Sequence record: OZ345387.1
DNA length: 32,000 nucleotides
Strand: one strand, 5' to 3'
Position numbers and translations under genes: made by a program. The notes beneath the pieces were generated by a model, which was not told where the DNA came from, did no database searches, and saw only the letters and a list, made by a program, of their open reading frames with translations. Within the stretch, counting starts at the first letter, position 1, and every line of letters begins with the position of its first letter. Of this stretch, positions 1 to 9,468 are shown piece by piece.

Positions 1-911
1 AGGAACAAGTTTTTGGTTTGATCTATTTATTGTTAATTAGTCTTATCTATTTTATTTAATTCCAACTTAAAGTTTTAGATTTATTCTTTTTCCCTACTAC
101 CTCAAAAATCTTCTATAAATTACTTAACCTTTTTATTTAGTAGTAATTGTATCTTTTTTTGACCAGGAAGTTCTATTACTACTACTTTTAGTATAGGTTG
201 GAGTTTCTTTTGATAAAGTATCCTGGAGGATTCACTTTATACTGGTTTGCCTAAACATATCACTCCTGCGCTGTAGTAACCTAGCAAGACTTGATAATCT
301 AGGATATGACCGTTAGGTTAAAGAAGTAGATATTGCTTTTAATGGATTTAGAAGGTTTGCGATCAAAATTAAATACATAATCTTATAAAAGATAGAGAGG
401 ATACAATACAAAAAAAAGTTCTAAATCATTATGAAATAACTTAAAAGCTTTTTTTTCTATTCTTTTAATAAATACTTTTCAAGCTTATAGACTTAACATT
501 TTTAATAAAAATATGTCACACAAAAATTTTACTGAATGTTTTATTCTTAGCAATAGTTTATGTGAAAAAGCTATATTAATTAATATTTTTACAGATTAAC
601 TTTCTAGTGATGAAGAAAACTCAAGAAATAATGAAGTTTTTTTAATTATCGGAATCAGAGAGAAGATTTATAGTAATTATGGCTCATCTTCTTCAGAAAA
701 AGAGAAAAAAGATTTTAATAGTTAGTACTAGAGTAAAAATCAAAAAAAGTGGATATTTAGAGGTAAGCTTAAGACAAAATTAGGTAATGTAAAAGTTCTA
801 ATAGAGAAAGAATTGTAAAAGTATGTTAATACATAAGAGTAATCAAATAGAGCAAAAGCATTTGTTTTTGCTATTTAATAAACCTTGTCGACAAATTTGT
901 GGATGAAATTA

Positions 912-953
912 AACTAAAAAATATTAAGAATATATTCTTAATATTTTTTAGTT
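912..953. repeat. 42 bp perfect loop-less palindrome (aactaaaaaatattaagaata|tattcttaatattttttagtt)
   Basis: Checked base by base: 932 pairs with 933 outward to 912 with 953 with no mismatch; 911/954 fail to pair. It lies in the ORF-free region upstream of psbE. Confidence 0.9.
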
Positions 954-1820
954 ATTACTACTAATTTTAATAAACATTAATTAGAGAAGTAGATTTAAAT
1001 AAATAATATTTTAATAATGAGATATCAAATTAAACAAGAAGTTTTTAATAAAGTTATCTATATAATGTAATAACTATAAGTTAAAATAGGAAGTTTTTAT
1101 TAACCAAATGTATAGCAACAAAGCTATGATTTATAGATTATAGTTCTAAAACTTAGAAATCTTTGTTTAAATTACAGCTAAATCAGCAACTGGGTCTTTT
1201 TTTATTAAGTATGTCTATCATCTGAAGCTGGCTATAATTTCAATAAATTATCTGCTTAAAACTTTTGTATAAATGAACCCAGTAGTGTTGACATACGAAA
1301 GTAGTAGTATAATAATTTTAATTTGTCAGTCTCTAAAGTAGAAAAATTTTGTTTATTAAAAATAGCGTAATTCTAATTATTTTCTCGAAGTATATATATT
1401 ACTCATAGGTACATCTAAATTAATCGTTTTTTATAAAACTAAGAATTATTAACTGCATTTATTTCTTAGATATTAATACTCATGATTTAATAAGCCACCG
1501 ACTTTTTTAGTGTATAAGACGTTGATATTAATTGGCTTATTATACTAAATAATTATATGCGATAGTTTTTTAACTTTATTTATAAAATTTTGATATGATT
1601 TGTAGCTAATAGTTTTACTTGTATTTTTTAAGATTTTTTGATTATTTAATGTATACTAAGTGTTAATTATAATTAATTGTGAACAGTTTTCTACTATGTT
1701 TAGTTATTTTAATATAATTTATTTATAGTTCTTAATAAATAATTAAATGATTTTTTTGTTATTATCTATTTCTTGATAATTTTTTTAATAGAAATGTTTA
1801 ATTATTCCTATATTTTTTTG

Positions 1821-1826
1821 AGGAGG
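1821..1826 (+). promoter_or_regulatory. Shine-Dalgarno-like AGGAGG, 8 nt upstream of the psbE ATG
   Basis: The sequence gaggaggaagttatt precedes ATG at 1835. Similar AAGGAG motifs precede cpcA, cpeA and cpeB on the minus strand. Confidence 0.55.
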
Positions 1827-1834
1827 AAGTTATT

Positions 1835-2089
1835 ATGTCAGGAGGATCAACTGGAGAACGTCCTTTTTCGGATATTATTACAAGTGTACGCTATTGGGTT
1901 ATTCATAGCATTACTATTCCAGCACTTTTTGTGGCAGGATGGCTATTTGTAAGCACAGGTTTAGCTTATGATGTTTTTGGAACACCTAGACCTAATGAAT
2001 ATTTTACTCAGGATCGTCAACAAGTTCCATTAGTCAATGATCGCTTTAGTGCAAAGCAAGAACTTGAAGATTTAACTAAAGGTATTTAA
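1835..2089 (+). CDS. psbE: Cytochrome b559 alpha subunit (PSII)
   Basis: The 84 aa translation contains [22 protein letters not shown], the heme-His transmembrane motif typical of PsbE. It is followed by psbF-psbL-psbJ in the canonical operon order. Confidence 0.97.
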   Translation: MSGGSTGERPFSDIITSVRYWVIHSITIPALFVAGWLFVSTGLAYDVFGTPRPNEYFTQDRQQVPLVNDRFSAKQELEDLTKGI

Positions 2090-2103
2090 ATGGAGAATAT
2101 GAT

Positions 2104-2238
2104 ATGACGCAACGAAATTCTAATCAACCCATTTCGTATCCAATTTTTACATTTCGATGGTTAGCCATACATGGCTTAGCTATTCCAACTGTATTTTTTT
2201 TAGGTGCTATAACATCTATGCAATTTATTCAAAGATAG
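2104..2238 (+). CDS. psbF: Cytochrome b559 beta subunit (PSII)
   Basis: Hand translation gives [44 protein letters not shown] (44 aa), with the conserved FTFRWLAIH motif. Too short for the ORF track. Confidence 0.93.
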   Translation: MTQRNSNQPISYPIFTFRWLAIHGLAIPTVFFLGAITSMQFIQR

Positions 2239-2247
2239 GAGATTATA

Positions 2248-2364
2248 ATGAGTGGTCCGAATCCTAATAAAGAACCAGTAGAATTAAATCGTACATCTTT
2301 ATTCTGGGGCTTGTTATTGATTTTTGTTCTGGCGGTTTTGTTTTCAAGTTACTTTTTTAATTAA
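2248..2364 (+). CDS. psbL: Photosystem II protein L
   Basis: Hand translation gives [38 protein letters not shown] (38 aa), a characteristic PsbL sequence. Confidence 0.93.
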   Translation: MSGPNPNKEPVELNRTSLFWGLLLIFVLAVLFSSYFFN

Positions 2365-2446
2365 AAATTTATCAATTTAGTTTATTTATTAATCTAATTT
2401 TTATAGTTTATTAGCTATATAAGTATTTATTCAAGGAGATGCTCAA

Positions 2447-2566
2447 ATGGTGGGTACAGGTAGAGTACCTTTATGGTTAGTTGCTACTGTTGGTGGCATA
2501 GCGGTCATTGTTGTTCTAGGAATTTTTATATATGGTTCCTATTCTGGAATAGGTTCTTCTTTATAA
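2447..2566 (+). CDS. psbJ: Photosystem II protein J
   Basis: Hand translation gives [39 protein letters not shown] (39 aa), typical PsbJ. A GGAG motif lies upstream. Confidence 0.92.
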   Translation: MVGTGRVPLWLVATVGGIAVIVVLGIFIYGSYSGIGSSL

Positions 2567-2601
2567 GATTGTTGTTTCTTTTATTGTAAGTCTGTTATAA
2601 A

Positions 2602-2633
2602 AGCCGCTTTTCAATTAGTTTGACAAAGCGGCT
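2602..2633. terminator. Hairpin between convergent psbJ (+) and psaI (-)
   Basis: A 9 bp GC-containing stem, agccgcttt (2602-2610) with aaagcggct (2625-2633), and a 14 nt loop. It lies between two convergent gene ends. Confidence 0.6.
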
Positions 2634-2644
2634 AGTTTATTCAT

Positions 2645-2755
2645 TTAAGATATTGTTTCTTGTTCCATGTAAATAAAAAGTAATGCCATACTTAGACCAG
2701 GAAAAACAATGCCTACTATCGGAACTAATATAGATGGTAAATAAGATGCTGTCAT
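2645..2755 (-). CDS. psaI: Photosystem I subunit VIII
   Basis: Minus-strand hand translation gives [36 protein letters not shown] (36 aa), matching the PsaI pattern. Not in the ORF track. Confidence 0.85.
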   Translation of the reverse strand: MTASYLPSILVPIVGIVFPGLSMALLFIYMEQETIS

Positions 2756-2932
2756 TTTACTGATTAATTGAATAAAGGTTTTAATATTTGATCAAAGTAA
2801 TCTGGTTTTTACCATTCTACTTTTTAATAATTCTAATAAAAGTTTATGCATATAATTTAAAAACATTGTAAAATTTAATATTTATAATCATAGTAATATC
2901 AGTTGTTATAATTTTAAGAAAAGGTTATCTTT

Positions 2933-3283
2933 ATGTCATTAAGCTCATCTAAATCAATACCTGATAGCTTAGAAGCTATGCGTAAATTTGCTGAAGTTTA
3001 TGCTGAAAGAACAGGTACAGTTTTTTGTATTGATTCAAGTGTCACAGCAGTTGTTATTGAAGGTTTAGCTAAGCACAAAGACGAATATGGTTGTCCTCTC
3101 TGCCCATGTCGTCATTATGAAAACAAAACACTTGAAGTCCTCAGTGCATATTGGAATTGTCCTTGTGTACCTATGAGAGAAAGAAAAGAATGCCACTGTA
3201 TGTTATTTTTACAGCCTGATAATGAATTTGCTGGTTCTAGTAAAGAAATTTCAGCTCCAGATTTATTAAATCACATTTTGTAA
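2933..3283 (+). CDS. ftrB: Ferredoxin-thioredoxin reductase catalytic (beta) subunit
   Basis: 116 aa with the CPLCPCRHY, WNCPCVPMRERKECHCMLF cysteine pattern (CPC, CPC, CHC) diagnostic of FTR-B. Confidence 0.92.
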   Translation: MSLSSSKSIPDSLEAMRKFAEVYAERTGTVFCIDSSVTAVVIEGLAKHKDEYGCPLCPCRHYENKTLEVLSAYWNCPCVPMRERKECHCMLFLQPDNEFAGSSKEISAPDLLNHIL

Positions 3284-3297
3284 TTAAATGTGAGTTT

Positions 3298-3328
3298 GCA
3301 GACATAATAGAATGATAGTTATGTCTGC
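3298..3328 (+). terminator. Hairpin downstream of ftrB
   Basis: A 10 bp perfect stem, gcagacataa (3298-3307) with ttatgtctgc (3319-3328), an 11 nt loop, then a T-rich tail (ttttat). Confidence 0.6.
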
Positions 3329-3376
3329 TTTTATATTTTATAGATTAGAATAATATTTATAGAACAAAATTTACTT

Positions 3377-3481
3377 TTATAAATTACCTCTTTTAAAAGA
3401 TAGTAAAATAATTACTGCAGGACCCAATAGTACGATAATTGCTAAAGATATTAACTGTCCAATTACTTGCCAGTTGATCAT
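3377..3481 (-). CDS. psb30: Photosystem II protein Psb30 (Ycf12)
   Basis: Minus-strand hand translation gives [34 protein letters not shown] (34 aa), which fits the Ycf12/Psb30 pattern of a single TM helix ending in K/R-G-N/D-L. Not in the ORF track. Confidence 0.8.
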   Translation of the reverse strand: MINWQVIGQLISLAIIVLLGPAVIILLSFKRGNL

Positions 3482-4118
3482 TGTTTTACCCCTTTATATT
3501 TTTAATATTATTTTGTTATTCTATTTATTCTTATTAGTCTAATTATACCTCTTTTTTTGAATACTTAATTGCTCATTAGTTAGTTTTTCTTATCTTTTGT
3601 AGTTTAGAATCTTAGACTATCTTTAATATTATTTCAAAATGATATAGCTACATTTTTATAATATATTTACTATTATTTTTTAAACTAATGAAAAAGAATA
3701 ATTAAAATATTTTTGTTGATATTTTTGATCATACTAACAAATATAAAAGTAGCATTTTATTTGTTAAATACATTAATAGATTCGATATCTTTTTTCATTT
3801 TTGTATAGAAATTAGCATTTCTTAATTAATTCTTTATTTTATTGAGTATATTTCTTACTTGGTCTATCATAAAAGTCTTAAAAATATAATCTTTATTTTT
3901 TATATTATGAGTTGGTTTTATTATATTTGTTTCTAGGAAAAAATATTTAATTGGAAGAAAAATATATATTCAGTAAGTATGTCATTCTATGACTTTGTCT
4001 GATTATTTTATGTTATTAAGTTGTTGATTTATATAGAATAGATTACTATATTGAGATCTCAATAGCACTTTTTATGCTATTATATAAAGAAGATTATACT
4101 TTTACTGTTAAGATTTAT

Positions 4119-5084
4119 TCAATGATTGAAACTAGTGTAAAGCCAGCCATTGTTTTTTTGTATTATTAGATTATCTGAGTATATTATACTCTTTAGAGTT
4201 TTATCCTGGTTTATCATTATAATAATTTCTTCTATGTACTTTTTCTGTATACTTTTATTAAAGTGGTAATGAAAATACATCTGTAATGTCCTTTTTTGTA
4301 ATGCATGATGTTGCTTCTGTAAAATCATTAGATTTAATCCGATAAATTTATTATGCTTGCTTTTTATATAAAGTTTGATTGTATTTTCTTTAAGATACTC
4401 GTTGTCACTTATACATAAATTTAAAAAAGAATGAATCGCTTGATTAATGTTAGGATTAAAATAGTTCTGTAAATATGGAAGAACTTCATATCTTAATCTA
4501 TTTCTTTGTATTTTATAATTATAATTAGTTGTGTCAGACCATACTGGTAAATAGAGTTTTCTGCAAAACCATTCAATTTCTTCTCTTTTAAAAATTAATA
4601 AAGGTCTTATAATGGTTAATTCCGGATTGATTTTTCTCTTATTAACTAAGCCAGTAATTCCATCTAAGCTACTACTTCTAAATAAATGCTGTAAAAAGGT
4701 TTCTATTTGATCATTCTGATTATGTCCAGTTAGAATTGCTTTAAGGTTGTTTTGTATAGCATGCTGAATTAGTATTTTATATCTTAATTCTCTTGCTTCT
4801 GCTTCTGAAAAAACTAAATGTTTGATTTGATAAATAGAAATAGGAATATTCATTTGTTTAGCAATATTAATAATATGTTTTGAGTGTTGTAGGCTATCAC
4901 TTTTCCATTGATGATCTATATAAACAGCTTCAAATTTATATTTATTATGCTTAAAACAATCATTCATTAACTTTATTAGGCATAAAGAATCTTGTCCACC
5001 GGAAATGGCTATTAATGAATCTTTATTTTCTTTTAAAAGTTTAACTAAATTTAATTTGAATTTCTTATGTAAAAAAGTATGCAT
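4119..5084 (-). CDS. tilS: tRNA(Ile)-lysidine synthase (ycf62)
   Basis: 321 aa with the N-terminal PP-loop ISGGQDS and HQWKSDS, TGHNQNDQIETFL motifs of the TilS family. Confidence 0.85.
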   Translation of the reverse strand: MHTFLHKKFKLNLVKLLKENKDSLIAISGGQDSLCLIKLMNDCFKHNKYKFEAVYIDHQWKSDSLQHSKHIINIAKQMNIPISIYQIKHLVFSEAEARELRYKILIQHAIQNNLKAILTGHNQNDQIETFLQHLFRSSSLDGITGLVNKRKINPELTIIRPLLIFKREEIEWFCRKLYLPVWSDTTNYNYKIQRNRLRYEVLPYLQNYFNPNINQAIHSFLNLCISDNEYLKENTIKLYIKSKHNKFIGLNLMILQKQHHALQKRTLQMYFHYHFNKSIQKKYIEEIIIMINQDKTLKSIIYSDNLIIQKNNGWLYTSFNH

Positions 5085-5154
5085 TTTATAATGATTCTGT
5101 AAAAAGCTTGCTATTCTATGTGGGTTATGTTATTTATGTTTTATCCTTGTTTAA

Positions 5155-5226
5155 GGGTTACTAACTCAATGGTAGAGTACTCGGCTTTTAACCGATTAGT
5201 TCCGGGTTCGAGTCCCGGGTAACCCA
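5155..5226 (+). tRNA. trnK: tRNA-Lys (anticodon UUU)
   Basis: 72 nt cloverleaf: acceptor GGGTTAC/GTAACCC, D stem ACTC/GAGT, anticodon loop CTTTTAA, T arm CCGGG-TTCGAGT-CCCGG. Confidence 0.92.
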
Positions 5227-5288
5227 TTGACCTTTTATATTTTTAATAGTTTGTCTATTTGTATAAAACTACTTTATTAATCATTTTT

Positions 5289-6089
5289 ATGTTTACAATA
5301 TCAGAAACAATTTCTAGTGTAGAAACTAGATCAGCTTTAATACCATTTCTTACTGCTGGTTATCCAGATCTTGCAGTAACTGCTGAGATCATTTATTTAT
5401 TAGATAAAAAAGGTGCAAATGCAATAGAATTAGGAATACCTTATTCTGATGCATTGGCAGATGGCGTAGTTATTCAAGAATCTTCTCGCATAGCTTTAGA
5501 GCAAAGAACATATATTGATCAAGTGTTGAAACTTGTTAAGCAAGTAAGTCCAAGTGTCAGGGCTCCGATTATTATTTTTACGTATTATAATCCTATACTT
5601 TGTAGAGGTCTAGATATCTTTATTAAAGAAATGGCAGAGTCTGGAGCAAAAGGTTTAGTGGTTCCTGATCTACCATTAGAAGAATCAGATTATTTAATAA
5701 GCGTATGCAGTAATTATGCTATTGAATTGATATTATTCGTATCACCTACTAGTTCGGAAAATAGAATAAAGGCGATTGTTTCAAAGGCTCCGGGTTGTAT
5801 TTATTTAGTTAGCAGTTGTGGAGTTACTGGTTTAAGAGATACTATCGATTCGAATGTTCAGGAATTGGTAAGAAATATTAAGAAGAGTACGAATAAGTGT
5901 GTTATGCTCGGTTTTGGTATATCTAATGAGGATCAAGTATCAAAGCTTATGGATCTTCAGCTAGGTATCGATGCTATTGTAATGGGAAGTGCTTTTATAA
6001 ATAAAATTACAGATAGTACAAAAGATAAAAACTATGAAGAAATAGGCTCTTTTTGTGAAAGTATAAAAGATGCAATAGGAACGAAATAG
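5289..6089 (+). CDS. trpA: Tryptophan synthase alpha chain
   Basis: Contains ALIPFLTAGYPD, IELGIPYSDALADG and GFGIS motifs of TrpA. The track ORF starts at a TTG at 5259; the ATG at 5289 (MFTISETISS...) gives a typical N-terminal length. Confidence 0.9.
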   Translation: MFTISETISSVETRSALIPFLTAGYPDLAVTAEIIYLLDKKGANAIELGIPYSDALADGVVIQESSRIALEQRTYIDQVLKLVKQVSPSVRAPIIIFTYYNPILCRGLDIFIKEMAESGAKGLVVPDLPLEESDYLISVCSNYAIELILFVSPTSSENRIKAIVSKAPGCIYLVSSCGVTGLRDTIDSNVQELVRNIKKSTNKCVMLGFGISNEDQVSKLMDLQLGIDAIVMGSAFINKITDSTKDKNYEEIGSFCESIKDAIGTK

Positions 6090-6091
6090 TA

Positions 6092-6164
6092 TACCCCCAG
6101 GGGAATTCGAATCCCCGTTACCTCCGTGAAAGGGAGATGTCCTAGGCCTCTAGACGATGGGGGC
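6092..6164 (-). tRNA. trnE: tRNA-Glu (anticodon UUC)
   Basis: The reverse complement is GCCCCCATCGTCTAGAGGCCTAGGACATCTCCCTTTCACGGAGGTAACGGGGATTCGAATTCCCCTGGGGGTA. Acceptor GCCCCCA/TGGGGGT, anticodon loop CTTTCAC, T arm GGGGA-TTCGAAT-TCCCC. Confidence 0.92.
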
Positions 6165-6254
6165 TTTTATTTATAAGAATTTATTATAAATAATAGACTA
6201 CCGAATTTTTTTAGAACTGTCAACCTTCATTCTTTAATTAATTAAATCAATATA

Positions 6255-8903
6255 TTAATTTGAATTAATTATTAGGCGTGAGCGCATTATTAAATATACA
6301 ACTGTTTGTCTTATATAGCTTGTCATATTTATAAATAGTTTAAAAGCTTCATTTTTATATTCAACTAATGGATCTTGTTGTCCATAGCTTCTCCAACTAA
6401 TAGCTTCTCTCAGTAGAGTCATTTTTTCTAGGTGTTCTTGCCATGCTTTGTCAATCTGTTCTAATAAGTAATATTTTTCTAGTTGTCGGATTAATCCTGG
6501 TTTTAGTTGTTCTAAGTAAGATTCTTTTAAATCATATGTAATATGTAATTGCTCATATAGAAAACCTCGTAACTCATCGATTGTTAATGTAGCATAAAAA
6601 TTCTTATCGATTTTATAAGGTAAATTAAAAAGTTTACTAATTTCTTCTAATGTTTTCTTCTTTGATTTTTTGTTTATATTATAGAAGATCAAAATTTCGT
6701 TAATTGTACTTTCGGCATACTCAATAATACAGTCTCGTAAAAAATAAGATTCTAAGATTTTCTTTCTTTCAGCATAGATTGCTTGTCTTTGCTTATTAAT
6801 TACTGCATCGTATTCAAAGAGTTGTTTTCGAATGTCATAAAAATAAGATTCTACTTTTTTTTGTGCATTATCTAAGCTTTTATTCAATATTGTTGATTCA
6901 ATGGGTGTATTATCATCAATTTTTAAGTTCTGCATTAAATCTCTAATCTTTTCTCCACCAAAAATTCTTAGTAAATTATCGTCTAAACTTAGGAAGAATC
7001 TTGAAGATCCAGGATCACCTTGTCTTCCAGATCGTCCTCTTAGCTGATTATCGATTCTACGCGATTCATGTCTCTCAGTTCCTACAACGTGTAAACCACC
7101 TAATTTTATGACATCTTGTTTTTCTAGTTTGAATATGTTCTCATATTCATTGAAAATAATGGTATACATTTTTTTTATGACTTCTTCTATCGGATCAATG
7201 GTAATATTTGCATTTATAATTTTATATATGTAGTTGTCAACATTTTCTAGTGGAATATTTTGAAAAATATTATTGTTTAGTGATTCTTTTATGTATTGTT
7301 CTAGTATTTCGGATATTTTTTTGTTATTTTCTATTATTGTATGATTGTTTATATTTTTTTTATAAATTTTTTCTTTTATCAAATTAATAAATACTAACTT
7401 GGCTATTGATTTTGGATTACCTCCTAATACAATATCAGTTCCTCTGCCAGCCATATTGGTTGCAATAGTTAAAGCATATTTTCTACCAGCTTGTGCAATT
7501 ATTTCTGCTTCTCTATCAACATTTTCTGGTTTGGCATTGAGTAAATTATATTTCAGTTTATAGTTATCAAGCATTTTTGCTAATAACTCAGATTTTTCTA
7601 TATTAGTCGTACCAACTAAGACTGGTCGTCCTATTTGATTCATGTCAAAACATTCTCTGGCTATAGCTTGCCATTTACTATATTCGTTTTTATAGACTAG
7701 ATCAAATAATTCTTTACGTATACAGGGTTTGTTGGTTGGAATAGTGATAACTTCTAAATTATATATTTTATCTAATTCAGTTTCCTCTGTTTTAGCTGTT
7801 CCTGTCATACCACTTAGCTTATTATAAAGTAGAAACAAGTTTTGATATGTGATTGAAGCTAATGTTTTGTTCTCTTTTTGAATAGGCAGATCTTCTTTGG
7901 ATTCAATAGCTTGATGTAGTCCATCACTCCATCTTCTACCACTCATGATTCTTCCTGTAAACTCGTCTACAATTATAATTTCTTCATTGCGTATAATGTA
8001 ATGTTGATCTTTTAAAAAAAGTTCTTTTGCTTTTAGAGCATTAATAATATATTGTGCCCATGGATTATTAATATTGTATAAGTTGTCGATTTTTAGTATT
8101 TGTTCACAACAGATGATACCCTGATCAGTAAGTGTTATATTACGAGCTTTTTCATCTATTTCATAATCTAGCTTATTTTTTAATTGAGCTGTTATTTTTG
8201 TAGCTTCTTTGTATTTTGTTGTTTTTGCTTCAGATGGTCCCGAAATAATCAATGGTGTTCTAGCTTCGTCAATCAAGATGGAATCAACTTCATCAATTAT
8301 TGCATAATGAAATTTATTTTGGACAACATCCTTTTTTTCAATGGCCATATTATCTCTTAAGTAATCAAAACCTAACTCACTATTAGTTACATATATAACA
8401 TCACAACTGTAGCTTATTTGTCTTTCTAATTTTGTCATATTTTGTTGAATAAGGCCAACTTTTAAATTTAATAATTCGTAGACTTTGCCTACCCATTCAG
8501 CGTCTCTTTTTGCTAAATAGTCATTAACAGTTATAATATGAACACCAATATTTTTCAAACAATTTAAGTATGCAGGTAATATACTTACAATAGTTTTACC
8601 TTCGCCAGTTTTCATTTCAGCAATTTTACCTTTATGTAAAACAATGCCACCTAAAATTTGTACATCAAACATATTTAGTTTAAGAATTCTTTTAGTTGCT
8701 TCTTTTGCTACAGCAAAAGCTTCAACAAGAACATCGTCTAATGTATAGCCATCATATATTTTTTCTTTAAATTTTTCTGTTTGTTGTTTTAATTCATTGT
8801 TAGATAATAGTTTGACTTTTTCTTGGATAGTATTTACTTTATTGACTAGTTGTTGGTATTCTTCTATTCTTTTATAGTTTTTATTTATCAAAAATTTAAA
8901 CAT
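6255..8903 (-). CDS. secA: Preprotein translocase ATPase SecA
   Basis: 882 aa with Walker A MKTGEGKT, the DEVDSILIDEARTPLIISG DEAD-like motif, and TNMAGRGTDI, GGLHVVGTERHESRRIDNQLRGRSGRQGDPG motifs. Confidence 0.97.
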   Translation of the reverse strand: MFKFLINKNYKRIEEYQQLVNKVNTIQEKVKLLSNNELKQQTEKFKEKIYDGYTLDDVLVEAFAVAKEATKRILKLNMFDVQILGGIVLHKGKIAEMKTGEGKTIVSILPAYLNCLKNIGVHIITVNDYLAKRDAEWVGKVYELLNLKVGLIQQNMTKLERQISYSCDVIYVTNSELGFDYLRDNMAIEKKDVVQNKFHYAIIDEVDSILIDEARTPLIISGPSEAKTTKYKEATKITAQLKNKLDYEIDEKARNITLTDQGIICCEQILKIDNLYNINNPWAQYIINALKAKELFLKDQHYIIRNEEIIIVDEFTGRIMSGRRWSDGLHQAIESKEDLPIQKENKTLASITYQNLFLLYNKLSGMTGTAKTEETELDKIYNLEVITIPTNKPCIRKELFDLVYKNEYSKWQAIARECFDMNQIGRPVLVGTTNIEKSELLAKMLDNYKLKYNLLNAKPENVDREAEIIAQAGRKYALTIATNMAGRGTDIVLGGNPKSIAKLVFINLIKEKIYKKNINNHTIIENNKKISEILEQYIKESLNNNIFQNIPLENVDNYIYKIINANITIDPIEEVIKKMYTIIFNEYENIFKLEKQDVIKLGGLHVVGTERHESRRIDNQLRGRSGRQGDPGSSRFFLSLDDNLLRIFGGEKIRDLMQNLKIDDNTPIESTILNKSLDNAQKKVESYFYDIRKQLFEYDAVINKQRQAIYAERKKILESYFLRDCIIEYAESTINEILIFYNINKKSKKKTLEEISKLFNLPYKIDKNFYATLTIDELRGFLYEQLHITYDLKESYLEQLKPGLIRQLEKYYLLEQIDKAWQEHLEKMTLLREAISWRSYGQQDPLVEYKNEAFKLFINMTSYIRQTVVYLIMRSRLIINSN

Positions 8904-8917
8904 TCTTTAAAATTCGT

Positions 8918-9436
8918 TTAGGTTATTTTCTTTAAGATACTTTTCAAGTCAGGTGAAAAAAATTCTTTAATGGTAGTTAAGTTTTGTTTATTATAGCAAA
9001 TTGTATACTCTCTAGATAGAATAGGTTGTTTTAGTTTAAAAGCTTTTTCTGTAAAATAATTATATCCATAGTTTATATTATGAATCTTTTTAGATATATC
9101 AAGTTCATATTTAATCATAGATTTTCCTATAGGTCTGTAATTATTTGGTTTTGATTTTTTTATATTATTCTTTTCCCAAGAAGATTCTGCAAATGCTATT
9201 TTGTTTTTGTGTAAATCTTCTATCCATACTTGCCTTAGTATTTGATTATTTTTTATTAAATTTTGCTGGATTAGGTTAATTCTGATTTTTTGTCCTTTTA
9301 TAGAGTTTAGGTTTTGTGTAAATGACCCATCGCTTAGTAATATCAATTGCCATTCTAATGAAAAATTTTTTAATCTATAATACGCATAATTCATATTAAT
9401 ATTATAAAATTTGATATGATGTTTTTTTATAATCAT
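8918..9436 (-). CDS. ycf21: Conserved plastid ORF ycf21 (chorismate-lyase-like, DUF564 type)
   Basis: 172 aa. The WQLILLSDGSFTQNLNSIKGQKIRINL segment fits the LLxxDGSxTxxL signature of the chorismate lyase-like/Ycf21 family. It is packed 14 nt downstream of secA. Assignment is from memory of the family motif. Confidence 0.6.
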   Translation of the reverse strand: MIIKKHHIKFYNINMNYAYYRLKNFSLEWQLILLSDGSFTQNLNSIKGQKIRINLIQQNLIKNNQILRQVWIEDLHKNKIAFAESSWEKNNIKKSKPNNYRPIGKSMIKYELDISKKIHNINYGYNYFTEKAFKLKQPILSREYTICYNKQNLTTIKEFFSPDLKSILKKIT

Positions 9437-9468
9437 AATATTTTCTCTTAAGTTTAAATATCAATTCT

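Noticed and set aside
1-59. Possible 3' tail of a plus-strand gene entering from the left (frame 3: EQVFGLIYLLLISLIYFI, stop at 57-59)
   Set aside because: Only 18 hydrophobic codons are visible, which is too short to identify or to separate from chance.
300-375. tRNA-like fragment (gtagatattgcttttaatggatttagaaggtttgcgatc)
   Set aside because: It has a CTTTTAA-like loop and a GGTTtGcGATC box, but I could not build acceptor, D and T stems. At most it is a decayed tRNA relic, not a callable gene.
1-1834. Looked for rnpB (RNase P RNA), which red-algal plastids encode, in the big spacer
   Set aside because: I found neither the GAGGAAAGTCC P4 motif nor the ACAGAAnnnGGCTTA 3' motif on either strand. 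aggaagttc at about 165 is too degenerate to count.
5259-5288. N-terminal extensions from TTG starts in the ORF track (trpA 5259, accA 19634, leuC 25383)
   Set aside because: The extensions encode non-conserved hydrophobic or odd peptides. In each case a downstream ATG gives an N-terminus matching the family norm. ycf23 at 18159 is treated separately as a frameshift finding.
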